Source of the DNA: an archaeon
GTDB taxonomy: Archaea > SpSt-1190 > DYHY01
NCBI GenBank assembly: GCA_043803745.1
Contig: JAZDJS010000002.1
Coordinates: 12,235-76,234 of the forward strand
Direction of reading: 5' to 3'
Length of the DNA stretch: 64,000 bases
The translations under genes and the position numbers were made by a program. Below the pieces are notes generated by a model, which had not been told where the DNA came from, searched no databases, and saw nothing but the letters and a program-made list of their open reading frames with translations. Shown here piece by piece: positions 28,043 to 34,509 of the stretch (the stretch's first letter is position 1; each line of letters begins with the position of its first letter).

Positions 28043-28088
28043 TTCCGAGAACCCCTGCCCCGCAGCCTGGATTTTGCCGGGGAAACTC

Positions 28089-28097
28089 TTTTAAACC
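28089..28097 (+). promoter_or_regulatory. TATA-like box (TTTTAAACC)
   Basis: The box starts 30 nt upstream of the ATG at 28119, which supports that ATG over the TTG at 28113. Confidence 0.5.
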
Positions 28098-28118
28098 TAA
28101 ACAAATGACTATTTGAAA

Positions 28119-29327
28119 ATGGTCAACCTCTTGGTTATAGATCACCACCTCTTGAGAACCGAGAAACTCGAAGCACAAATTGCCGCACAAACCCCCGAGA
28201 AAACTAAGCTTGGTGTACCGAAAGCCGATGATTATCGGGGTTATGTCGAACTTGTCAGAAACTCCCTCGCTGCCGTAAAGCCCGGTTATGCTCTTTCGGA
28301 TTCCGACCCTGACGGGATTTGCGCAATCATTCCATTCATGCTTTCCCTTCCGGAAAACGAGCGGCCTCCTTTCGAGCTGACAAGAAGGAAACTGGCTGCT
28401 GCCGATTTTGAAAAGTGGAATCGGACCGGAGTTAAGCAGGTTCTTGCAACCGACTGGTATCCTGTCTACGAATCCGATGTTTCCGGAGCGGAAAGCGTGA
28501 CAATCCTGAACCCGACGGTTTCCGGGCTTTCCTCACTTAATTGCGCGACAATGATTATGTATGATGCGCTTGCGGCGCAGCTTCCGGTCGAACTCCAGGA
28601 AACCGCCCTCGCCCTTGCTGCAATAGGGATTGTCGGGGACAAGGCTTCCGAGTGCGGCGGGGAAATACTCCGGAAAGTTGCTGAGAAATATCCGCAGCAG
28701 TTCCCGGGTCTTGCCGAAGCAGTTTCCCGGACGCCAATCAACAATTCAGCAGTGACCCGGACGCCCCTTGGCACGCTCGTCGAGCGTATGTGGGCGCCAT
28801 ATGTTTTGGGCGGGGATGCGGGCTCCACCGAAGCGGCGGGCGTCCTCCTTGCCGGAGCGCCCTTCAGCCTTCCCGAACTCCTTGACAAGGAATCGGAAAA
28901 TCCGGCTGCCAAGTATCTGCGGGAGCGCGGCACTGAATTAACTTCAATTCTCGCGCCCGAACTCGAAAGATTCAATCGAACCGCAACTTCCCAAGGTCCA
29001 ACAATACTTTACGTTACGCAACAGAGAAACCAGGGAGTTGTCCAGTATTTTGCGAATGTCCTTTCCGAGAACGAACCGGAGAGCGTAATCCTGATGGGAC
29101 AGGCAAATCCGGGAGCGGACGGCCTTGTAAAATATTCGGCAAGGAGGATAGCCGTCAAGGTCGACCTCGGGAAACTCGCGAAGGAAATTGTAGCTGAGGG
29201 AAACGGCATTATCGCCGGGGGAAGGCCGGATTCAGCGGGCTTCCAAGTCCCGCCGGCCTACTGCGCGCAGTTCGAGCAGGAATTCGCCGGGAAGGTTGAG
29301 TCGGCTCTGGCAAGCCCCTCAAGCTAG
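28119..29327 (+). CDS. DHH/DHHA1-fold (RecJ/Cdc45/NrnA-like) protein with eroded catalytic motifs
   Basis: Motif-I-like ALSDSDPDGICAIIPF, VLATD and AAIGIVGDKA are present. A DHHA1-like GGRPDSAGF replaces GGGHxxAAG. There is no His-His between VLATD and GIVGD (it reads TILNPT). An out-of-order VIDHH sits at residues about 6-10. Confidence 0.5.
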   Translation: MVNLLVIDHHLLRTEKLEAQIAAQTPEKTKLGVPKADDYRGYVELVRNSLAAVKPGYALSDSDPDGICAIIPFMLSLPENERPPFELTRRKLAAADFEKWNRTGVKQVLATDWYPVYESDVSGAESVTILNPTVSGLSSLNCATMIMYDALAAQLPVELQETALALAAIGIVGDKASECGGEILRKVAEKYPQQFPGLAEAVSRTPINNSAVTRTPLGTLVERMWAPYVLGGDAGSTEAAGVLLAGAPFSLPELLDKESENPAAKYLRERGTELTSILAPELERFNRTATSQGPTILYVTQQRNQGVVQYFANVLSENEPESVILMGQANPGADGLVKYSARRIAVKVDLGKLAKEIVAEGNGIIAGGRPDSAGFQVPPAYCAQFEQEFAGKVESALASPSS

Positions 29328-29373
29328 TCAGTTTTTTATACCCTAGTTTCAGCGAGAAAGTGCGATTTCTTAA

Positions 29374-29571
29374 ACATTCCTCTGGATTCTCGGATCGGTA
29401 ACCCTTGTCAGCCTGATTTCCCTTGTGGGGGTTTTCGCCCTTGGGCTGCGGGAAAGGACGCTCAAGAAAATCATACTGATGCTTGTCGGCTTCTCAGCCG
29501 GCGCGCTGTTCGGCTTCTTCCTGACCGGGATAGGCGTCATGCTCTCGGTCAAGATTGTTTTCGGCGGCTGA
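29374..29571 (+). pseudogene. ZIP-family metal transporter remnant (N-terminal helices fused in frame to the extreme C-terminus, no start codon)
   Basis: The frame opens directly after TAA (29371-29373). It reads TFLWILGSVTLVSLISLVGVFALGLRERTLKKIILMLVGFSAGALFG, then FFLTGIGVMLSVKIVFGG and a stop. The first part resembles the ZIP N-terminus up to the point where DAFLHLLPE normally follows. The end resembles a ZIP last helix. The first usable start codon leaves fewer than 50 codons. Confidence 0.45.
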
Positions 29572-29606
29572 AAAAACCCTTTTTTGGGCAATAACTCCCC
29601 GCGTTC

Positions 29607-29615
29607 TTTTAAACC
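29607..29615 (+). promoter_or_regulatory. TATA-like box (TTTTAAACC)
   Basis: The box starts 32 nt upstream of the ATG at 29639, which supports that start over the track start at 29555. Confidence 0.5.
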
Positions 29616-29638
29616 GCTCGTTTTTCCCCAAGGGCAGG

Positions 29639-31804
29639 ATGGCTTTGATTGGAATGAAGAAAGGAATCAAGAGTCCTTTAAGGGTTTTGTTCGGAAGTAT
29701 TTTTGCGTTTTCAGCATTGTTCCTGCTTCTGGCAGCCGTTCCTGTGGGAGCGATAACCTTCACGACAGTAAGGCCGGTTCTCTCGACAATCCCTATTGTC
29801 AACAACACGACCAACACCACGACAACGACAATCAAAACCCTTTCAACAATCCCCCTCCAGCTCACGACAACCTCGATAAAGGTCCTCTCGACAATTCCAA
29901 TCCAGCTCACAACAAGCATCCCACCTACTACGACCTCGGTAAAGGTCCTCTCGACAATACCCTTCCAACTAACCACAATCCCGATTGTCAACAACACAAC
30001 GACAACCACGACAATCAAGACACTAGTCCCACTCCTCAACGCATCGGGAATCGTTTTGGGAGATGAGCTTTCGGTAGTTCCCTTGAGCCCAGATGTCCTT
30101 CTTTCCAAGTCTCTCGCGTTCGTCGCAGGAGGCCAGGGCGCAATCGCGATTGACCGGACCCTGCATAAGGTTCTTGCGAACCTTTCCCTTCCATTCACCC
30201 CCGTCGATGTTGCGCTTTCCCCGGATGACAAGATACTCTATGTCCTTGGAAGAAAGACAATCTCAGACGGCTTTGGGCACACATACTATCCCTCTTATCT
30301 TGCGCGGGTCAACACAAGCACCTTCGAGCTGATTTCAACCTCGACAATCTCGACCCTCTTCAAGGCGCGGGACCTTTTCGTTGCGCCGAACGGGCGGGTA
30401 TATGTCTCAACCCAGCACAAGGATACCGGGCGGTCAATGGTGTTTGTCTACGCTCCCGGGACTTCGGGCGCGATGGTAAACACAGTGAACCTCCTCGGCT
30501 CGCCAACGGCTTTCCCAATCCTTTCAATGACCTCCGACCCCTCGGGAATGAAGGTTTTCTTCGGCGGATGGGATTCCTACGCTCGCCTCTATGAGGTTAA
30601 CTGGCTTATGAACCGCCTCTACTACCATCCCCTTGGCTATTATTCGATTGGCGGGATAACGAGCGTTGTAATGTCCGGTGCTTCGCGCCTCTACATCACA
30701 AGGCAGAACCAGCCGTTCATAAACTACTATTCGCCCCTGACGCCCTACCGGAAACACAAGTGGAGCACGGGATATGTTCCTGTTGCACTTGCGGCAAGCT
30801 CGGATGGAACGACGCTTTTCGCTGTCGGAAGGGTTAGCGGAACTCCGAAAATATACAAGTATTCCGGGTTGAAGGCGCCCTCTATCTCGAACCCGGACTA
30901 TTCCGTCCCTGACGCGTCCTATCTCTACACCTCGGTTTCCTCTGCATCGCTTTCTCTTCCGGTCGGCCAGATTGCCCAGTCAATAACCCTGAGCAGCGAC
31001 GGCTCAGAGGCGGTGATAACGACTGCAATAGGGACAATATATCCGGCTTCGACAGGCAACCGGGTGAGTTCCTATAGCACGTCAACTCTCGGGAAGAACT
31101 GGGAAGTCCAGGTCCCCTGGGTTGCCGCAATGTCAAAGGCAGCCCTTACGAAGAACAACGTTGTCTGGCTGCACACGCCACCTGCCCCGAACATCACGAT
31201 AATGCCCTTCCTGCCGCTTGAGATAGACCCGGAAATCCTAGGCATCTTTGCAAACGAGAGCACGCCTTCCGAAAACGAGAGTTCCTCAGGGAACGGGACC
31301 ATTTTCATCCCGGGCTTGAAGGACCTTCTCGGCGACACGAAGTTCGACTTTTTCAAAATCCCTGAAAACGTCTCAACCAACTTTACCGAGCCGGATCCCG
31401 GGGAAAGCGACCCAGTTGTCACAACGACAATTGAACCCGAGGCAGTGATTCCGGAGTCCTCTTCGGGAAGCTCGTCATCCGGAGGAAGCTCTTCTTCCTC
31501 AGGAGGCGGATTCGACGGTTCCGTCCCGGCCTTGGGCAACGAAACCCAGATTCAAGGAGGTCCTCAGCCTGAAAGCCCCGCTGAAGAAACCGGAGGGATA
31601 AACCCGCAGCCCGAGCCTCCCTCAGGGGACTTGCAGCTTCCGGGCGGAGAAAATGAAGATGGCGCCCCAGCCCCGGCAGTTGACAGCAAGCTCAACCCGC
31701 AGCCCGAGCCTCCCGCGCCCAAGTTCGAAATCCCGATAATCTCCCCGATTTTCGAGGCAATCGCGAACTTCTTCAAGGCTATTTTCGGCGGGGGCAAGCA
31801 ATAA
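29639..31804 (+). CDS. Secreted YVTN-type beta-propeller surface protein with N-terminal T-rich tandem repeats and C-terminal P/E-rich tail
   Basis: Signal peptide MALIGMKKGIKSPLRVLFGSIFAFSALFLLLAAVPVGA. LSTIP-x-QLTT repeats are present. Propeller-blade motifs are ALSPDDKILYVLG, LFVAPNGRVYVST, SDPSGMKVFFGG, AASSDGTTLFAVG and LSSDGSEAVITT. The tail has NPQPEPP twice and an amphipathic end IFEAIANFFKAIFGG. Confidence 0.75.
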   Translation: MALIGMKKGIKSPLRVLFGSIFAFSALFLLLAAVPVGAITFTTVRPVLSTIPIVNNTTNTTTTTIKTLSTIPLQLTTTSIKVLSTIPIQLTTSIPPTTTSVKVLSTIPFQLTTIPIVNNTTTTTTIKTLVPLLNASGIVLGDELSVVPLSPDVLLSKSLAFVAGGQGAIAIDRTLHKVLANLSLPFTPVDVALSPDDKILYVLGRKTISDGFGHTYYPSYLARVNTSTFELISTSTISTLFKARDLFVAPNGRVYVSTQHKDTGRSMVFVYAPGTSGAMVNTVNLLGSPTAFPILSMTSDPSGMKVFFGGWDSYARLYEVNWLMNRLYYHPLGYYSIGGITSVVMSGASRLYITRQNQPFINYYSPLTPYRKHKWSTGYVPVALAASSDGTTLFAVGRVSGTPKIYKYSGLKAPSISNPDYSVPDASYLYTSVSSASLSLPVGQIAQSITLSSDGSEAVITTAIGTIYPASTGNRVSSYSTSTLGKNWEVQVPWVAAMSKAALTKNNVVWLHTPPAPNITIMPFLPLEIDPEILGIFANESTPSENESSSGNGTIFIPGLKDLLGDTKFDFFKIPENVSTNFTEPDPGESDPVVTTTIEPEAVIPESSSGSSSSGGSSSSSGGGFDGSVPALGNETQIQGGPQPESPAEETGGINPQPEPPSGDLQLPGGENEDGAPAPAVDSKLNPQPEPPAPKFEIPIISPIFEAIANFFKAIFGGGKQ
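29780..30020. repeat. Imperfect in-frame tandem repeats (four LSTIP units) inside the surface-protein gene
   Basis: Four variants recur with T-rich spacers: ctctcgacaatccc, ctttcaacaatcccc, ctctcgacaattcc and ctctcgacaatacc. The protein reads ...VLSTIPIVNNTT..., KTLSTIPLQLTTTSIKVLSTIPIQLTT..., SVKVLSTIPFQLTTIPIVNNTT. Confidence 0.8.
31601..31714. repeat. Exact 21-nt direct repeat (aacccgcagcccgagcctccc), two copies 93 nt apart, in frame
   Basis: Copies at 31601-31621 and 31694-31714. Both encode NPQPEPP. Confidence 0.9.
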
Positions 31805-32906
31805 GCCAATCGGCCCCGCGGCTGCCGTAGGCAACGATCATTCTTGCAGCTTCGAGAATGTTTTCTGAATCCCGCCCAAGGATGATCGTGTTCAGGCCAG
31901 CCCTTCTTCCGGCGCCGCCGTCCTTCTCCAAATCATCCCCTATGAAATGGCTTGCCCGGACGTCCCCGGTCTCCCGTTCAAGTATTTGCTCGAACATCCC
32001 CGTTCCCGGCTTTTTGCATTCGCAGCCGTCGTCCTTCGTGTGGGGACAGTATGAATAGCTGTCAACTTCGATTCCGGCGTCTGCATACCTTTGAACGAGC
32101 CGTTTGAAGACTCCTTCAACTTCCGCAGGACTCATCAGCCCCTTTCCTATCCAGGACTGGTTGCTTACTATATGCAGCGCGTATCCCTGCTCTTTCAGCA
32201 GCCGAAGCGCCGGGAGGCTTTCCGGATATATCTCGTCAGTTGGAATTATCGGGGGGCACTTTGAGTTGTCGACAAGAACCCCGTCCTTGTCAAGGAAAAC
32301 TATTTTCTTCATCGGCATCCCGAGTAGTCCGTAAACATTGCTTCTTACCTGCTGGAAAACCGCTCCCTCGCTCCCTCCGCAATAGATGAGCGCAGAATTC
32401 GGAAGGCTTGCCGCAAGACCCTCGAAATTTTCCCTCAGTTGATGCATTTTCTGAAGCTCTTCGGAAACTTGTTTTTCACCCTCCCTTTCATTGACCCGTG
32501 CGAAAGCTATTTCCGGCTCGCAAACGAAGAAAAGGGCAAGATCAGGGTCGGGGAAGAATGAATTGAGCGCCTTCAGCTCTTCGGCAGGGAGTCCCGTCTG
32601 GTAGCCGAGAGCGGCATATTTGCTCCGGTCCATCAATATCAGGCAGTCCCTTTCAAGAAGCGGAGAAATCTCCTCGGCAAACTGCTTTCTCCTGTCAGCC
32701 GAGAAAAGGAATGCCTCGACATAAGGGTCCCTGAGCTCCGAGGGCCTTTCTGAGCGGTATTTCTTTATCAGACCGTCCGCGAATCCGCTTGGTTCCCTGA
32801 AAACGTGCGCTTCAATCCCCAGCGCGTCAAGTCGGTTCTTCATCAGCTTTAATTGGGTCGTCTTCCCGGTCCCGCTCATCCCCTCGAAAGCAGCTATTCT
32901 TGCCAC
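31779..32906 (-). CDS. tmk: Fusion protein: N-terminal thymidylate (dTMP) kinase-like P-loop domain + C-terminal HAD-IIIA phosphatase (GmhB / histidinol-phosphatase / PNK-3'-phosphatase subfamily)
   Basis: Tmk motifs are IAAFEGMSGTGKTTQ, FREPSG, LFSADR and DRSKYAALGYQ. HAD motifs are KIVFLDKDGVLVDN (DxDG), IVSNQS, YCPHTKDDGCECKKPGTGMF (Zn-loop plus Lys) and FIGDDLEKDGGAGRRAG. My proposed GTG start at 32906-32904 overlaps the upstream TAG stop (TAGTG). The track ATG at 33038 would overlap the upstream gene by 133 nt. Confidence 0.7.
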   Translation of the reverse strand: MARIAAFEGMSGTGKTTQLKLMKNRLDALGIEAHVFREPSGFADGLIKKYRSERPSELRDPYVEAFLFSADRRKQFAEEISPLLERDCLILMDRSKYAALGYQTGLPAEELKALNSFFPDPDLALFFVCEPEIAFARVNEREGEKQVSEELQKMHQLRENFEGLAASLPNSALIYCGGSEGAVFQQVRSNVYGLLGMPMKKIVFLDKDGVLVDNSKCPPIIPTDEIYPESLPALRLLKEQGYALHIVSNQSWIGKGLMSPAEVEGVFKRLVQRYADAGIEVDSYSYCPHTKDDGCECKKPGTGMFEQILERETGDVRASHFIGDDLEKDGGAGRRAGLNTIILGRDSENILEAARMIVAYGSRGADWLIACPRRK

Positions 32907-33547
32907 TAGCGTCCCCCTTCGCGATAGCCCTTCGAGCCGAGAGCTGAAAGGTCCCGGTAAAGCCAAAAGGATTCCCCAAGATACCTTTTCTTGAACTGGC
33001 GGGATGGAATCCTGTCGACAATCATTACATCGTTCCATCCGTTCGGGACAATCGGGACCTGGAAAAGCTCGTCAACCCCCGAAACTTTTGCAATGAGGAT
33101 TTCCTCTCCGTTCCTGAGGCCGAGATATGCTCGATGTCCGCCGTCAATGAGGACGGGGAGGGAAAGCTTGCTGCAGCCCCTTTCGATTTGCTGGGGGCAG
33201 GCGAGGAAATATTTCCCCTGTTCGACTATCGGCGGAGCAAGAACGACTTCGCCGTCGGGAGTTTCAAGGATTGCAAGTCCAGAAAGATTGAGCGTGTCAA
33301 TCCCCGCGTCTTTGTGAAGACGTTCTCGGAGCTTCTCCTGGAAAAGGACCGTCTCCCGGACAAGATATTCGGTTGTCAGGTTGAGCTCCTCGGGCCTGAC
33401 CGCCTCCGACTCAATCAAAGTTCTTTTGTAGACCCCCCGATCCTTCCTGGGGATTTGCTCGCTCCCGACAATCCCGACTTTCCGGAGCCTTCCCTCAAGG
33501 GCAGCCCAGGGCAGGATTTCCTTGACGCCGATTGAGGAAACATCCAT
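32906..33547 (-). CDS. ParB/sulfiredoxin-fold (ParB N-terminal-like) domain protein
   Basis: LPVLIDGGHRAYLGLRNGEEILIAKV contains the D-G-x-H-R core of the ParB/Srx fold. The protein is 213 aa with no HTH or partition-type C-terminus that I recognise. It is the first gene of a two-gene operon with the Tmk::HAD fusion. Confidence 0.5.
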   Translation of the reverse strand: MDVSSIGVKEILPWAALEGRLRKVGIVGSEQIPRKDRGVYKRTLIESEAVRPEELNLTTEYLVRETVLFQEKLRERLHKDAGIDTLNLSGLAILETPDGEVVLAPPIVEQGKYFLACPQQIERGCSKLSLPVLIDGGHRAYLGLRNGEEILIAKVSGVDELFQVPIVPNGWNDVMIVDRIPSRQFKKRYLGESFWLYRDLSALGSKGYREGGR

Positions 33548-33610
33548 TCACTAGAAGAGTGTTGTATTTCCTATAGCCGTTTCTCACCTATTTTCAACCT
33601 CACTGTTGTA

Positions 33611-33623
33611 TATTATTAAAAAG
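33611..33623 (+). promoter_or_regulatory. TATA-like box (TATTATTAAAAAG)
   Basis: The box starts 35 nt upstream of the ATG at 33646. An 8-mer TGTTGTAT abuts it (33604-33611) and recurs at 33560-33567 next to the divergent promoter. Confidence 0.45.
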
Positions 33624-33645
33624 GGACGCGCGCCCTTTCCGGAGG

Positions 33646-34503
33646 ATGCTCGACAGGAAAATCTCCCGACAGATTGAGGAATTCGTCCTTACCCGCCCCA
33701 GGACGGTCCAGGAAATCGCCGAGCTCCTGAAGAAGAATTGGCGGACTGCCGAAAGCTATGTCGAAAGGATTGCTTCAGAGGAGGGCACCTTGGCAATGCA
33801 CACCTTCCGCGGGGGAACGAGGGGCGCGCTCAAGCTTGTCTACTGGAGCAATATCGAGCGCCCGCATTCAACAGCGCTCCAGGAAAAGCTTTTCAGGCAG
33901 ATTGAGATTGGCAGGAACAAGTCTGATTTCTCGCCTTTCGACATCTACCAGTTCGTTCCGGACAAAAAGAAGGAGGCATATCTTGAGGAGCAGGCTGACG
34001 ATACGAAGGAAGTCAGGCAGGACCTGGTCGGACCCCTCAGAAGCGCGAAAGAGCAAGTGTTGATTTTCTCGGGGAACCTTTCTTGGGCGAACCTTGTCCA
34101 GAAAGGGACGAAGATGGTTGATGTTTTCGAGGAGCTCGGACGCGCCGGAGTTTCGGTGAAATTTCTCGTGTCCAACCTCGACATTTCCGCAATCCAAAGC
34201 TGGAAAAAGCTCAATTCGGTGAACGAGCGGCTTGGCCGGGACGCAATCGAAGTCAGGTGCGCCCAGCACCCCTTGCGGGCATTCATCGTTGACAAGAATC
34301 TTGTCCAGTTCAAGGAAACGCTCTCGCCTTCCAACTATGAGAGGGGCGAACTGAAGCGGAAAACCTATGTCTTCTACAAGATATATGACGAGGAATGGGT
34401 CGGCTGGATGCAGAAGGTTTTCTGGAATCTTTTCAGGTCCGCGCTGCCGGCCGAGGAGCGGGTCCGGAACCTCAGGAAAATCTCCGGGCTCCGGAGAATC
34501 TAG
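33646..34503 (+). CDS. Winged-helix transcription regulator with a degenerate PLD-like C-terminal domain (TrmB-like architecture)
   Basis: N-terminal wHTH: RQIEEFVLTRPRTVQEIAELLKKNWRTAESYVERI. The C-terminal block VLIFSGNLSW...VSVKFLV...QHPLRAFIVDKNLVQFKE resembles an HKD-less phospholipase-D-fold sensor domain. Confidence 0.45.
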   Translation: MLDRKISRQIEEFVLTRPRTVQEIAELLKKNWRTAESYVERIASEEGTLAMHTFRGGTRGALKLVYWSNIERPHSTALQEKLFRQIEIGRNKSDFSPFDIYQFVPDKKKEAYLEEQADDTKEVRQDLVGPLRSAKEQVLIFSGNLSWANLVQKGTKMVDVFEELGRAGVSVKFLVSNLDISAIQSWKKLNSVNERLGRDAIEVRCAQHPLRAFIVDKNLVQFKETLSPSNYERGELKRKTYVFYKIYDEEWVGWMQKVFWNLFRSALPAEERVRNLRKISGLRRI

Positions 34504-34509
34504 TGCTTG

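Noticed and set aside
28119-28150. N-terminal VIDHH as the genuine DHH catalytic motif
   Set aside because: It precedes motif I (DSDPDG), whereas DHH normally follows motifs I and II. I treat it as coincidental or as a possible permutation and did not use it to call the protein active.
29494-30231. 245-aa minus-strand ORF with poly-Val runs
   Set aside because: It is antisense to the T-rich (ACN) repeat region of the propeller surface protein, so VVVV simply mirrors TTTT.
22361-31804. Diversity-generating retroelement acting on the surface proteins
   Set aside because: No reverse-transcriptase-like ORF occurs anywhere in the window. The repeats I found are exact or synonymous-diverged copies, not template/variable pairs with adenine-specific differences.
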